A stretch of 64,000 nucleotides of DNA from NCBI GenBank assembly GCA_022828145.1, contig JAJEJA010000015.1, positions 9,298 through 73,297 of the forward strand, written 5' to 3'. The position numbers were made by a program, and so were the translations under genes. Below the pieces are notes generated by a model. That model was not told the origin of the DNA. It worked only from the letters and a program-made list of their open reading frames with translations, and searched no databases. Positions 47,139 through 58,177 of the stretch are shown here, one piece after another. Numbering within the stretch: the stretch's first letter is position 1; every line of letters starts with the position of its first letter. This stretch comes from Candidatus Poribacteria bacterium (lineage in GTDB: Bacteria > Poribacteria > WGA-4E > WGA-3G).

Positions 47139-50051
47139 TTAAAACGCTTGCCCTAAACCGAAGTGATATTTGACTCCTGGTTTGATGCTTGCTAAATCGG
47201 TGTGACGGGCAGCTGCGAAATCTAAAGAGAATAAGCCGAGACGTAGTCGCAGCCCAAGACCGATTGATCCTTGCACATCTGCCAGACGGTAACGTCTACC
47301 TTCACGCCGTATGATTCTGAAAGGATTTTCTGAGCTGTATAATTCATCGTTCCACGTTCCGCCAATGTCCGTAAATAGAACACCGCCAATGCCACCAATT
47401 GACCAACGGAAGGGCCAACCGAAATAGAGAACATCTATGAAAGGCACACGCAGCTCAATGTTGAATAGTCCAACCCGAGAACCGACAAAGTCTTCGTAAT
47501 CATAGCCTCGGAGTGAGTCTATGCCACCCAGATAGAAGAGCGATTTGTCCGCGCCGAAACTACCACCAAGTAGTAACCGAGTAGCGATCGTTGAACGTCT
47601 GCCTAAACCGATATATTTACGAATATCAAAAATAGCATTTGTTAGTGCTAACTCGCTACCCAGGACAGGAAATGAACGTTCTACTTCAAAACGGTAGCGT
47701 GTACCTCTATAAGGGGCAAACTCTCGCCACATTGTATTATCACTCACGAAAGCGAGGGAACCCATTGAGAGAAATCCACGATCATAGAACTCCACAGGAT
47801 TAACCGTGTCAAAATTGTAAGAGAACGGTGTCGTATACATAGAATACTGAAGATCTAATCTGTTGTACCGATTAAAGGGATAACTGAGATAAGCACCGCC
47901 TCCAGTAATGCGTTGTAAAATACCAGTTTGATTTCGAAGTGAACCGAGTAGATGGTATTGATGATAGTTGTAGACAACTACCCCGACATCAGCGCGATTC
48001 GTTAAGTATCCGTATTGTGCGATAAAATCCGGGACGAGATACCCACCAGACTGATTTATGACGCTGAGTTCAACGCGATGATTACCTAACATATCACTGG
48101 CACTCATCTGAATTTGACTACGTAACAGCCCGTCAGCTCCATAACTAAATTGTGGAAAAATAGCATCAAACCGGAAAGAATTGCGTGTACTGTACTTCCG
48201 TCTTGCAATTCTATAGTTTCGCTGAGAGGCATCTGAATCAATATTTATAGCAATCGGCTCTGACGCAAACTCAGGTATTTCGACTTTTTCGTTTAGTATT
48301 TTGTCTGAGTTCATCACACAGATATCATATTTCCCATCCTGATATGCGCTAAAGAGCAATCTTTTTCCATCTGGTGAGAAACTTGGATTGGAACACCCGG
48401 TTATTAGGTTCGTAAGACGTGTCGTCTCCCCGGTGGCGATGTGGAGTTTATAAGCATCGTATACACCTGACCTATCAGCACAAAACAGCACGGATTCTCC
48501 ATCTGACATCCATATAGGACTGATAGCGTTTGTAGCATTATCCGTAAGTTTCTGTTCCGTTCTTTGATCCATATCAATAAGAATAAGTCGGTTTTTGTGT
48601 TCACGTTCTGAAGCGTAGACGATCGTATTTCTATTTGGATGCCAAGAGGGGTGCGTATCGTTGAAGGAATCTCTGGTTAATCTGCTAATAGATTCTGTGT
48701 CAAGGTCAATGATGTAAAGGTCTGTTTGTCCTTCCTTCAGAGCAGTAAAAACGATACGGTCACCAGCACCATTATAGCTGGGGGAGTTTGCTGAATCATA
48801 GTCGAGTTTAACGTAATGTGTGAGTTTATGTGTGAGGATATTGACTTCAAAGAGATAATTTGCATCGTGGTGTTTACCGATGAAAGCGATGTGGTCCCCG
48901 TTGGGTGCCCACGCAAGGCTTCTGTCAAAACCGCTGGAATCAGCTCTGATCTCCTCGTATTTATTACGGAAAAACCGCTTTGTAATTCTATCAAGTTTCT
49001 TGCCTGTTTTTGAAGACATCAAGACAATTTCTAAGAAACCTTCATTTGCTGTAACATAAGCGACGATATCGCCACTGGGGGACCAAACAGGTTTAATGTT
49101 ATGAGAAAATCTGGAGTTTTCAGTAAGTTTTCGAGAAACGATATTCGGCAACTCGCGATCTTCTATGAGGGGCCAATAGCGTTTTCGCAGCATCTGTTGA
49201 TAACCGACATCAAATTCTTTCAAACCGATACCCAGTACGTTTTTGAAGACTGCGTCAATATTTTTTGTTCTACTCTGTCGCAATCCACGTAGTATCTCAG
49301 CGATTTTATCTCTTCCATAAGTCGTGACGAGATATTCAACAGCCAACTGTCCCATTTTATAGCCGAGATAAGGAGAACTCAGACGATTGAAGTTCTGCAA
49401 CTCAGTTAATGGAAGGATATTATTGTTGATACTTGCATCTCGTAGCACCATCTCACCCAGAGCGTCTTTATCATTTGCGAAGTAATCTGCCATACCTTCT
49501 ATGAACCATATAGGTGGTGAATAGAGGAACTCTCCGCTATAGATACGGGCATGCGGTTTTTGATAGAGAATGTCAAACTGAAAGATGTGTATGAGTTCAT
49601 GATAGATCACCTCACGAAAAGCTTCAAGTGATCCTGTGAAAGGTATAACAACCCGATGTTTAAAGAGTTCGGCAAAGCCGCCGATACCTTCATGCAGCTC
49701 TTGTAGAATGATGTTAGTTTCTTGAAAATCTTTATGTGATTTGTATAAGATGAGCGGTGTTCTACTCTCAATTTCGTGTTCAAAATCCTCGCTATGTTTT
49801 TCATAAGCTTCTTCAGCGATAGCAGCCATTATCGGAACAAGTTTTGCTTCGCTTGGATAGTAGTGTATATCAAAATGTTCAGTGCGATGGATATGCCAAT
49901 CAAACCTTTGTGCAGTGATTTTGTTCTTGCCGAAACCTTGTGCCCAAACGTTTGCTGAGAAACATATCGTTAAGATCAAAACGGTGAAAAATCGTGCGAG
50001 TCTAATTCCCGATAATGTGTTTTTTGATAAGGTTTTTTTTTCAGTTTTCAT
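47139..50051 (-). CDS. Secreted protein: peptidase MA-like domain + PD40/TolB beta-propeller + Omp85/BamA-type barrel
   Basis: Signal peptide, FGKNKI, HELIH...WFIEG, repeated PxWSPxG, LRGY motif, terminal Phe. Confidence 0.8.
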   Translation of the reverse strand: MKTEKKTLSKNTLSGIRLARFFTVLILTICFSANVWAQGFGKNKITAQRFDWHIHRTEHFDIHYYPSEAKLVPIMAAIAEEAYEKHSEDFEHEIESRTPLILYKSHKDFQETNIILQELHEGIGGFAELFKHRVVIPFTGSLEAFREVIYHELIHIFQFDILYQKPHARIYSGEFLYSPPIWFIEGMADYFANDKDALGEMVLRDASINNNILPLTELQNFNRLSSPYLGYKMGQLAVEYLVTTYGRDKIAEILRGLRQSRTKNIDAVFKNVLGIGLKEFDVGYQQMLRKRYWPLIEDRELPNIVSRKLTENSRFSHNIKPVWSPSGDIVAYVTANEGFLEIVLMSSKTGKKLDRITKRFFRNKYEEIRADSSGFDRSLAWAPNGDHIAFIGKHHDANYLFEVNILTHKLTHYVKLDYDSANSPSYNGAGDRIVFTALKEGQTDLYIIDLDTESISRLTRDSFNDTHPSWHPNRNTIVYASEREHKNRLILIDMDQRTEQKLTDNATNAISPIWMSDGESVLFCADRSGVYDAYKLHIATGETTRLTNLITGCSNPSFSPDGKRLLFSAYQDGKYDICVMNSDKILNEKVEIPEFASEPIAINIDSDASQRNYRIARRKYSTRNSFRFDAIFPQFSYGADGLLRSQIQMSASDMLGNHRVELSVINQSGGYLVPDFIAQYGYLTNRADVGVVVYNYHQYHLLGSLRNQTGILQRITGGGAYLSYPFNRYNRLDLQYSMYTTPFSYNFDTVNPVEFYDRGFLSMGSLAFVSDNTMWREFAPYRGTRYRFEVERSFPVLGSELALTNAIFDIRKYIGLGRRSTIATRLLLGGSFGADKSLFYLGGIDSLRGYDYEDFVGSRVGLFNIELRVPFIDVLYFGWPFRWSIGGIGGVLFTDIGGTWNDELYSSENPFRIIRREGRRYRLADVQGSIGLGLRLRLGLFSLDFAAARHTDLASIKPGVKYHFGLGQAF

Positions 50052-50087
50052 CAGTTTCCTCTGTTTTATGGTGAAATTGGCGGGGAA

Positions 50088-50843
50088 TTACCGCATCAGA
50101 AATCTGTCTTCCTGTTCGTAGTGTGGAGAGATGTCTTGTGTAAATTGAGCAACGGCGCGTTTGCTGAGTTCTCTCAATGTGGTCTCTTGTGGTGCCATTT
50201 GGGAAAAGACGAAGGAACCGATAGAGTGTGCTTCGGCAGCTTTCTGTTGATAAACTTCATCCCAGATAATCTTCTCAGTGTCAACATCTACAATGATGAC
50301 GCGTAAGGCGAGTAGATAGGTCTTTTGCATATAGTCTTGATAATCCATAACATAGCGCTGTTGACTGACTGAATAGCGTTCCCCGTAATACCGTCTCGGT
50401 CGTGTATCGGTGTAAAAACGATAACTCCCGATAATGATTCCTTTTACTTCAAAGTATCCGCCAAACTTGCTTAAGCGTTCGGTATCCGCGAGCAGGTCTT
50501 CTTCAATTTCTTCACCTGTCATGATGCGTTCGGTTTCCTGTTTATCAACGACATCAAAATGCTTCTGTCGTGATAGCCCGCTTCTTAGAATCTGTGCGAC
50601 ATCTTTTCCAATATTAGCGGGAATTTCCCCTATCTTTGATGTGTGTTTTTCACTGACAAACGGCAGCACAGCGAAGTTTGAATAGGTATTGATGTCAATT
50701 TCGGATTGAACTTTAATAGGTATAGAAACGCGCGCGACTTTATTACCGCAAGCACCTAACGTCAAGGAAATGAGCAGTAATAGGCAAGGGACTGCATATT
50801 GCTTGTAAAACTGAGAAAACGTCGGTTGTCTTTTTTTTTGCAT
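50088..50843 (-). CDS. Lipoprotein, CsgG/TolB-N-like fold
   Basis: LGAC lipobox, AVLPF, IVDVDTEKIIW. Confidence 0.65.
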   Translation of the reverse strand: MQKKRQPTFSQFYKQYAVPCLLLLISLTLGACGNKVARVSIPIKVQSEIDINTYSNFAVLPFVSEKHTSKIGEIPANIGKDVAQILRSGLSRQKHFDVVDKQETERIMTGEEIEEDLLADTERLSKFGGYFEVKGIIIGSYRFYTDTRPRRYYGERYSVSQQRYVMDYQDYMQKTYLLALRVIIVDVDTEKIIWDEVYQQKAAEAHSIGSFVFSQMAPQETTLRELSKRAVAQFTQDISPHYEQEDRFLMR

Positions 50844-50859
50844 CGGGAGGATACCAAGG

Positions 50860-51300
50860 TTAATCGTCTTCAGGTTTTTCTAAGTTCTCAGGTTCTTTTA
50901 AGTTTTCAGATTCTTCTAAAGGTTCATCAGATATATTTTCGCTGTCCAGTCCACTTCGTCGAATATGAAGTCGACATCTACGATAATTGATTCTGTAATA
51001 TTTGCTATTCGGTTCGAGTTCAGTTGCGCGTTGATATGCTGACTTTGCCTCCGCTATTTTTCCCATAGCCTCATAGCCGACTCCGAGGTTGTTATAGGCA
51101 GCAGCGTTATCTGGGTCAATATTTACCACCTGTTTCCATCGGAAAACCGCCTCATTCCAAAGCCCGGCTTGTGCAGCTTTTATTGCAAACTGGTTATAGT
51201 CCTTTGTGCTTGTCACATCGTGGGATGCACAACCAATCAGAACCATGGATATGAAGACAGAGCATAGCAGAGTGTTGGTATGTGTTTGTTGCATTTTCAT
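50860..51300 (-). CDS. TPR lipoprotein
   Basis: LIGC lipobox; AYNNLGVGYEAMG..EA..AYQRA.EL.P. Confidence 0.85.
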   Translation of the reverse strand: MKMQQTHTNTLLCSVFISMVLIGCASHDVTSTKDYNQFAIKAAQAGLWNEAVFRWKQVVNIDPDNAAAYNNLGVGYEAMGKIAEAKSAYQRATELEPNSKYYRINYRRCRLHIRRSGLDSENISDEPLEESENLKEPENLEKPEDD

Positions 51301-51352
51301 ATCTCCTTATTCAGTCAATTTTACACTAAAAATGCTTGTGCTGTCAAGGAAA

Positions 51353-51484
51353 TAGTAAACATTGAAATTAAAGAGACACATTTCTGTAGGAGCGATCTCC
51401 GAATCGCGACGAAACTCACGGATAGTCGGGAATCGGAGTTCCCTCCTACAACTCAAAATGTCCCGTTAATTCTAAAGTTCACTA
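51353..51484. repeat. Inverted-repeat-bounded element with a GTAG-REP pair
   Basis: gtaggagcgatctccgaatcgcgac ... gtcgggaatcggagttccctcctac. Related REPs at ~56005-56053 and 59773-59893. Confidence 0.7.
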
Positions 51485-51590
51485 AATATAGTTATGTGCC
51501 GTGATGTGCCATGTTGTAAATACCACTTGGCATTAAACTGTGTATCTGTTATGCTTAATTAGGGGATTGTTGGAAAATAAGGAGGATTTA

Positions 51591-52703
51591 ATGTCAAGTA
51601 TAACCCCAGTACGAACTGTTATTATTGGATGTGGTATGATTGCAGCAGGTGGTTACCAACCGCGTTGTCAAGCGTATCCTAATCAAATTGAATTGGTAGG
51701 TTTCTATGACCAGGATAAGGCACGCGCAGCAGCACTTGCAGATAGAGATGGGGGTAAGGTTTATCCATCGCTTGAGGCAGTTTTGAACGATTCAGAGGTG
51801 GAAGCAATTGTAAATCTGACGCTTCATATTTCACACTATCCTGTTTCGTTAGCTGCACTGAAGGCTGGAAAACATGTCTATTCCGAAAAACCGATCTCTA
51901 TCAAGACCGATGAGGCGAATGAACTTGTTGAGACTGCAGAAACTAACGGGTTGAAGTTGGCGTGTGCTCCATCTGCAATACTCGGTTATGTGCAACAGAA
52001 CGTCTGGCAGCGGATCCGCGATGGTGAAATAGGTGATGTGATTTCTGCAATTGGGAACTTCGGTGGACCCCTGGAGCATTGGCATCCAAGTGCAGATGCG
52101 TTCTTGCAGCACGCGGGTCCCTTCAGAGATGTAGCACCTTACCCGCTAACGGCTATGACGACAATGATAGGACCCGTGAAAACAGTTCACGGATTTGCAA
52201 GGGTGGCTGTACCGAGACGGGTGTTGACACAAGGACCGAAAAAAGGTACTGAATTTGAGGTGAAAGAAAAGGATCACGGTTTTGCAGTGCTCGAGTTTGA
52301 TGTGCCTCAGGATGGAGGTTCACACGGATTCATTTATCACAGTTTTACCGTGACGTCACAAATTCCACCTTATGAGATTCACGGCACAAAAGGTGGTTTT
52401 TCATTGCAGGCACATGATGATGGACGGGGTATTAAGAAGTTTACACCTCAAGCTGGATGGCAAGATGAACCATCACCTCCGAAAGCATTTACAGGATTAG
52501 ACTGGGGAAAAGGTGTAGCAGATTTTGCGGATGCAATCAGGAATGATCGTAATCCAAGATGTAACGGTGCACAAGCACGTCATGTTTTAGAGGTTTGTGA
52601 ACGGGTGCTTGAATCGTCAGGTTTGGGGAGACCTGTTGATGTGTTGAGTCGTTTCCCAGCACCACCCGCAGTGGAGCAAGTGGCACCGTGGGAAACGGGT
52701 TGA
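51591..52703 (+). CDS. Gfo/Idh/MocA family oxidoreductase
   Basis: IIGCGMIA, GKHVYSEKP; AGGAGG SD before ATG 51591. Confidence 0.9.
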   Translation: MSSITPVRTVIIGCGMIAAGGYQPRCQAYPNQIELVGFYDQDKARAAALADRDGGKVYPSLEAVLNDSEVEAIVNLTLHISHYPVSLAALKAGKHVYSEKPISIKTDEANELVETAETNGLKLACAPSAILGYVQQNVWQRIRDGEIGDVISAIGNFGGPLEHWHPSADAFLQHAGPFRDVAPYPLTAMTTMIGPVKTVHGFARVAVPRRVLTQGPKKGTEFEVKEKDHGFAVLEFDVPQDGGSHGFIYHSFTVTSQIPPYEIHGTKGGFSLQAHDDGRGIKKFTPQAGWQDEPSPPKAFTGLDWGKGVADFADAIRNDRNPRCNGAQARHVLEVCERVLESSGLGRPVDVLSRFPAPPAVEQVAPWETG

Positions 52704-52725
52704 TCATAGAACTCTCTACACGGAT

Positions 52726-53550
52726 TTAGATATTCAGGGAGCTCCGTAGCATTTCTACACTCTTCGGAACGCCTGTATGTGCATCCTCTTTACCTTCAAA
52801 TTCAATAGAGATATATCCCTGAAATCCGACATCTCGTAGAATTTCACCGATTTTGGTATAATCAAGGTCTAAGGTGTACCATTCTCCTTCGCCGTAATAA
52901 GTTTTTGCGTGTACAAGCACAGCTTCGGGTGCGATCTGTGCGAGTTTATCGTACGGATCGGTGAGGAAATTTCCGCAATCCATTGTTACCTTCAACCATT
53001 CGGAGTCTATTGCTGATACGATTCTGTTCACACCTTCTGCTGTACATGTCAACCCCCAATGGTTTTCCAGCCCGAGAATTACACCGTATTTCTCTGCATC
53101 CGGGAGGCATTTTTCAATAGAAGCGATCACCCAGTCAAAAGCGTCCTCTTCAGTATAGTCGGGTAGTGCTGGTTCTTTCCCTTCAGTTTTCATCAGGTCG
53201 TCAAAAGATTTTATCGTATTCCATCGTCCTGAGTTTAAGCGAATTGATGGGATGCCGAGTTCATGTGCTAACCGTAGGCAGTGTATGGTGTGATTGATGT
53301 CTTTTTGTCGTTTCTCTGCTTCTGGTGAAACAAAACTTTGATGGATAGAGAGTGCGTATAGGTCAAGCCCGTGAATAAAGGCGTGTCTCTTTAGTTTCTG
53401 TAGATAAGAGGATGCCTCGGATTCCATTTGTCGGTGTAGGATTTCAATGCCATCAAGATCAAGTTTTGCGGCTTCTTCGATGACATGTTCAATTGGCACT
53501 TTCTCAGTTTTGAAATGCCAATACGAATATGTGGATACGCCAAGTTTCAA
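52726..53550 (-). CDS. Sugar phosphate isomerase/epimerase (TIM barrel)
   Basis: LENHWG, MDCGNF, HAK, SIEFEG. Confidence 0.85.
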   Translation of the reverse strand: MKLGVSTYSYWHFKTEKVPIEHVIEEAAKLDLDGIEILHRQMESEASSYLQKLKRHAFIHGLDLYALSIHQSFVSPEAEKRQKDINHTIHCLRLAHELGIPSIRLNSGRWNTIKSFDDLMKTEGKEPALPDYTEEDAFDWVIASIEKCLPDAEKYGVILGLENHWGLTCTAEGVNRIVSAIDSEWLKVTMDCGNFLTDPYDKLAQIAPEAVLVHAKTYYGEGEWYTLDLDYTKIGEILRDVGFQGYISIEFEGKEDAHTGVPKSVEMLRSSLNI

Positions 53551-53578
53551 TTTTTCACCTCATTAAGTGGTCATTAAC

Positions 53579-53629
53579 AAAAGAATCTCCCAATGATGGA
53601 CAGGGTGTCTGTCATCGGGAGATTCTTTT
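53579..53629. terminator. Long hairpin with A/T tails, probable bidirectional intrinsic terminator
   Basis: aaaagaatctccc...gggagattctttt, downstream of the 53668-55149 gene. Confidence 0.6.
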
Positions 53630-53667
53630 AGATTAGGATTAGAGCTGAATAGTCTCAAAGTAGTCTA

Positions 53668-55149
53668 TTATTCAGTTGCTCCGGTTTTTGCTGCTTCAGG
53701 TGCGCGTGTTGGAAGTTCTCTCTTCGCCAAGGTATCTTCTGGCACATAACCGGAATAATCTGAAATGTCTCCGTGTGTCAGTGCATAGACGACGACGTTT
53801 GTCATAAATCGGTAGACACCTGGTGAATAGTGGACACTCCGTGTTGGTAAACTAACAGATTCCATTGCGCACATGTAATCACGTCTGACGACGAGAACGG
53901 ATAATTTATTCTCGATTGAGAAACCTTCAAGGAAGTTCCGTTTCGGAGGCCGTGTGCCCCACCAGAAAATATCGAATCCGACAGGAGGTCCGCCGATTTG
54001 ATAGAAATTATCATAGATTTCGTGTGTGTTATCTACACGTTCTATTTGGTGTTCTGGCATGACATATCGCATCTGTGCGAGGAACAGTCGTATCATTGCC
54101 TGTTGTGCAGCGTTTACACCGCAGTCATCAAAGATGAGGAATCCACCTTTTTCGACGAGGTACTTCCGTAAACCTGCAGCTTCAGCTTGTGTTAAACGGC
54201 TATCCATTTTTCCGCCGCCATATTGTCTTCCGAGCAAGTTTCTGGAGCGTACGAGAGCCGGATCGTGTCCTGTCATAAAGGCGATCGGTGTTTTTAATAG
54301 ATTAGTATCCGTGAACCTTAATGCGCCTCCCTCAACGTTCATGTCGGTTTTGATCTGTGTTTTCTCATTAAGCCATTTGGTAAGAGCGTTTAGTGAAGAA
54401 GCATCAGCCCACCAGTCGGACAGGTTGTGTCGGATACGGGTGAAGCGTAAGACACCGCGTATATCGCGACCTTTACCGATAACGCGTCCGCCGGGTTCAC
54501 CTTTAGGTAATGGTGGCACTTCAACATTACCGAGCGTAATGCTTTCGGCGACATCACCAAGAGCGTCGCGAACGACACCAACGTTCTCAACCATGGCTAA
54601 ACCGGGGGGACGTTGGAAAGTGACTTTGACTTGCACTGGACTACCCGACACGCCGCGAATGATGTTAGCAGGACCAGCGGTAGGTGCACTCGGCGCGGGG
54701 CCAGCAAATGCTAAGGCACTCGGTGAATCCGACACAGGGAGTTCTGTGTGCGTAACCACTTCGGGTATAGGAACATTGGGTTGAACCACTTTCGGGACAT
54801 TTGGATTTATGGGAGCATCAACTTTAACTGCTTGATTTGAAAATTCCAGGACTGTCTGTTGTTGTACGACAGTGGTTTTTGGAGCAAAAGCTGTTGTTAG
54901 ACGGGGTTGCACTTGAACCTGTTCAAGAACAACCGTATCTTCAACAGGAACAATCGGTTTGTTCAGTTGTCTGACAATTGGTTTTCGGACCTTAGGCTTC
55001 GGTGGTTCAGGTGGTTTCGCGAATTGCACACCAACCAAGTCTTTAAAAGTCTCGGTTTGCGTCACAAAATAGACGCCTGCAATTAGTATCAAAACTACGT
55101 GAATCAGCAGTGAAGTCATTAAGGCACCGGAAGTTCTTTTAGCACTCAT
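53668..55149 (-). CDS. DUF4159 domain protein with N-terminal membrane anchor and Pro/Val-rich linker
   Basis: SLLIHVVLI TonB-like anchor; PIAFMTGH, LRKYLVEKGGFLIFDDC, NVVVYALT. Confidence 0.8.
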   Translation of the reverse strand: MSAKRTSGALMTSLLIHVVLILIAGVYFVTQTETFKDLVGVQFAKPPEPPKPKVRKPIVRQLNKPIVPVEDTVVLEQVQVQPRLTTAFAPKTTVVQQQTVLEFSNQAVKVDAPINPNVPKVVQPNVPIPEVVTHTELPVSDSPSALAFAGPAPSAPTAGPANIIRGVSGSPVQVKVTFQRPPGLAMVENVGVVRDALGDVAESITLGNVEVPPLPKGEPGGRVIGKGRDIRGVLRFTRIRHNLSDWWADASSLNALTKWLNEKTQIKTDMNVEGGALRFTDTNLLKTPIAFMTGHDPALVRSRNLLGRQYGGGKMDSRLTQAEAAGLRKYLVEKGGFLIFDDCGVNAAQQAMIRLFLAQMRYVMPEHQIERVDNTHEIYDNFYQIGGPPVGFDIFWWGTRPPKRNFLEGFSIENKLSVLVVRRDYMCAMESVSLPTRSVHYSPGVYRFMTNVVVYALTHGDISDYSGYVPEDTLAKRELPTRAPEAAKTGATE

Positions 55150-55226
55150 TTTTTACCTCACATGATTATTATTAATGTATAGATTTTCAACACATATATG
55201 TTCTTAACAATTACTACTTTTGAAGT

Positions 55227-55979
55227 TTAGCGTAGATTCAAATATTTATAAGCATCTATACCATCTTTTCCAATTTCTAACACAGTAAGTCCCGCGGGCA
55301 CTTCTCCGGTTCTCATTTGCTTTTCTAAAATAAAAGCACTTTTGGAACCTCTCACTCTCGTTATAGGTCTTGTAATAGTACCATCTTTGTTTAATATCGA
55401 ATCACCATATTGAACATATACTGTATTAGGATAATTTAAGTATACGATTCCGTTAACAATAGAAGCTCCGCTAAAACGTACACCTTCATTCCATTTTTTG
55501 ATCACAACCCGTTTCAACAATTCCTGATCCCTATTTTCGGATCCGATAAACGGATTTATAGGTGCACCTTCTGGTATTTCAGGAAAAGCACCAAATCCAT
55601 GTCGTGAAACACGCATATTTTCTGTAGTGTCTGTAGTGTTTTCATTGAGTCGCTTTCCTTCTCTATCCCTTTTGACTTCAAAAAGATCACTGGATTTCAT
55701 TCTGCTAACTACAGTCTTAGTCCTTCCTTCCCTATCTGTATGCGTAATATTTTCAACAGAAGCACCATCTACCTTTTCAGCATTTTTTTGTTTTTTTGCA
55801 AGTTGATGCAGAAATTCGGTGGCACTAGACATGATGTGTTTATGACGTTCTGAATTAGGTTTGTACCAGAAATAACATAATATACCAAACACGACCAAGA
55901 ATCCTAATATCGTAATAGACCACTTATTAATGATTATATCACGATACATGATAACTGTTCCTTCACGCTTAAGCCACAC
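55227..55979 (-). CDS. Hypothetical membrane-anchored protein
   Basis: 250-aa ORF with an N-terminal TM helix; start may be ATG 55949. Confidence 0.65.
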   Translation of the reverse strand: MWLKREGTVIMYRDIIINKWSITILGFLVVFGILCYFWYKPNSERHKHIMSSATEFLHQLAKKQKNAEKVDGASVENITHTDREGRTKTVVSRMKSSDLFEVKRDREGKRLNENTTDTTENMRVSRHGFGAFPEIPEGAPINPFIGSENRDQELLKRVVIKKWNEGVRFSGASIVNGIVYLNYPNTVYVQYGDSILNKDGTITRPITRVRGSKSAFILEKQMRTGEVPAGLTVLEIGKDGIDAYKYLNLR

Positions 55980-56213
55980 CTATTGGACAGTCCAGACTCA
56001 ATATGTAGGTCGCGATTCGGAGATCGCTCCTACTAATACTCTGTTCTGTAGGAGAGAGCTCCGAAACTTACGGTTACGATAATACCTACTCACATCTATG
56101 CAATTTCTATGCCATAAATTAAGTGAGTTGTAGTCGTAATTCTCTACGACATCCGGATAATTTTTGCACAAATTTGTGCAGTCCAGATTTGTAGTTGCAC
56201 AATTTCGTGCATC

Positions 56214-56867
56214 CTATGGGGCTTTAGCAGATTCGTCAGTAAAGTATTTAGAGATTTCAGGATCCCCGCGGCCCATATTAATAACATTTCCTGTTACGCT
56301 GTCAATTTGTTGAAGTTGCCAGTCTTCGTGTTCAGGTTTAATCAAGTAAGCATAAGTTACTCCGGAACCTTGCGACCTATAAGAAGCAGAAGCTCTTGCA
56401 CTCGCTTCTAAAGTATTCGGATCAGACTTTGATCTACGAATCCAAAATTGGCTAAACCGATTACTACCTGTCCAGTTCTGTCCGGAAGTACCTTGTGCAA
56501 CCCACAGTCCCTCTATCGTGGATTCAATCTGTGGCCAACCTGCTGTTGGTCCGACAGGTTCAACGAACCCCCCTGCTACCCATGCCACACGAAATTGTGC
56601 ATGGACAGGATGTTCTTTCCATATTTTCCGAATATCTACTAGCTTTCTTCTGTTGAAAGCTGAAAAGAAAGTACTATAGATTTGGTTTATCTCATTCTTT
56701 TCTGCATCAAAATCGATCGGTTCAGCTGTCGCGACGACTATAGGTACCGATGGGTCTGTAGTTGATGTTCTATCCGTGGGTTCATCACTCCCGCAACTTA
56801 GCATGCCGATGCTTATGATGCCTGTAACGAGAAGTGTGAGAAAGATCCGGATTGATTGCCATTTCAT
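56214..56867 (-). CDS. Hypothetical lipoprotein (possibly NTF2/SnoaL-like)
   Basis: GGAGG SD; MLSC lipobox; IYSTFFSAFN...IW...GWPQI pattern. Confidence 0.6.
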   Translation of the reverse strand: MKWQSIRIFLTLLVTGIISIGMLSCGSDEPTDRTSTTDPSVPIVVATAEPIDFDAEKNEINQIYSTFFSAFNRRKLVDIRKIWKEHPVHAQFRVAWVAGGFVEPVGPTAGWPQIESTIEGLWVAQGTSGQNWTGSNRFSQFWIRRSKSDPNTLEASARASASYRSQGSGVTYAYLIKPEHEDWQLQQIDSVTGNVINMGRGDPEISKYFTDESAKAP

Positions 56868-57061
56868 TTTATTCCTCCATAGACTTGTTGTACATCTCAA
56901 AGATTGTATTCAGTATAATTGTGCTTACGCTCGTAATAAAGAAAAGAAACTTTTCCAAGTTATCCGTTTATCATAAGATGTTGTATGAAGTATATCTTAG
57001 CATCTTTGCAAAAAACTGTCAAGCAAAATACAAGACAAATCATATTATTCTCTAAATTATA

Positions 57062-58171
57062 TCATAAACCGTTGTTTCTGATACACTTAATTACGTCTGT
57101 CACCTGTATCATAGCCATACAACCGTCTGAACCGAATTTACAGACTTTGCCAGGACAAGGGGGACAGTCAAGTTTCTTCCGTATTGTATAACACTTTTCA
57201 CCGACAGGTGCAAACCTTTCTGGATCTCCTGGACCGAACAACCCGATTGTATGCGTACCAACGGCTGCAGCGAGATGCATCGGTCCGCTATCATTTCCGA
57301 TAAATATATCACATTTAAGCAAAATTGATGCCAACTGTGGCACGTTAGTTTCACTCGCGATATTTACTGATTCACCATGCATCTTATCCTGAATTTCGTT
57401 GATGATCGGAATTTCGTCTTTTACACCAACAAACAAGATTCTTGCCTGTTTCTGTGCAATCAACCAATCCGCTAATTCTGCAAAACGTTCAGTTAACCAT
57501 CTTTTTTGCGGTATCGGGGATCCTGGATGAATTGCAATAATAGGACTCTCACCGTCAATTTGATGTGCTTTTAGAAAATCAACTGACCATTCTTGATCTT
57601 CTGCTTTTACGACAAAGGTAGTGTTCTGTATCGGTGTTGAGATACCTGCTTGCTCTAAGACATCAAGATTACGAATCGTCTCATGCTTATCACTGAACGA
57701 TCGAAACCCAAACCTATTTGCTAACTGAAGAGAGGCGCGGTTAATACGTCTTGTCGTGAACCGTAATAATGCGAATATTACAAATCGCCAATCTCCACGC
57801 AGTTCTATTAGTAGATCGTACTTTGCCTGTCGTAACTCACGATAAAGCTGGATTGTTTTCAGTAGTGATGTGGGGTGTCCTGAACGGCAAAACATAGGTG
57901 AATTGTATTCAAACACCCTATTAACATCAGGATGATTTTCCAATATGATACGACTCCAACTACCGGTCAACGCATGTATCTCTACGTCTGGATATGCTTT
58001 TCGTAGATTGGAAAAAACGGGTGTTGCTAAAAGGACATCTCCTATATGATCGAGTTTTATCACAAGGATGCGTATCGGGAAAAAATCTTTCGGCACACGT
58101 TTCCGATAGAAGAGCCACTGCACGATGGCAGAAGCGATTAGCATAAGAATTTCGGATGCGTTTTGAAACAT
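57062..58171 (-). CDS. Glycosyltransferase family 9 (LPS heptosyltransferase-like)
   Basis: HIGDVLLATP, IHPGS, GNDSGPMHLAAA, LFGP. Confidence 0.92.
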   Translation of the reverse strand: MFQNASEILMLIASAIVQWLFYRKRVPKDFFPIRILVIKLDHIGDVLLATPVFSNLRKAYPDVEIHALTGSWSRIILENHPDVNRVFEYNSPMFCRSGHPTSLLKTIQLYRELRQAKYDLLIELRGDWRFVIFALLRFTTRRINRASLQLANRFGFRSFSDKHETIRNLDVLEQAGISTPIQNTTFVVKAEDQEWSVDFLKAHQIDGESPIIAIHPGSPIPQKRWLTERFAELADWLIAQKQARILFVGVKDEIPIINEIQDKMHGESVNIASETNVPQLASILLKCDIFIGNDSGPMHLAAAVGTHTIGLFGPGDPERFAPVGEKCYTIRKKLDCPPCPGKVCKFGSDGCMAMIQVTDVIKCIRNNGL

Positions 58172-58177
58172 TATTTT

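Noticed and set aside
42889-54784. Long antisense ORFs (42889-43494, 44474-45010, 54026-54784) and the plus-strand 43540-43881 ORF
   Set aside because: They are shadows of well-supported opposite-strand genes and have no motifs of their own.
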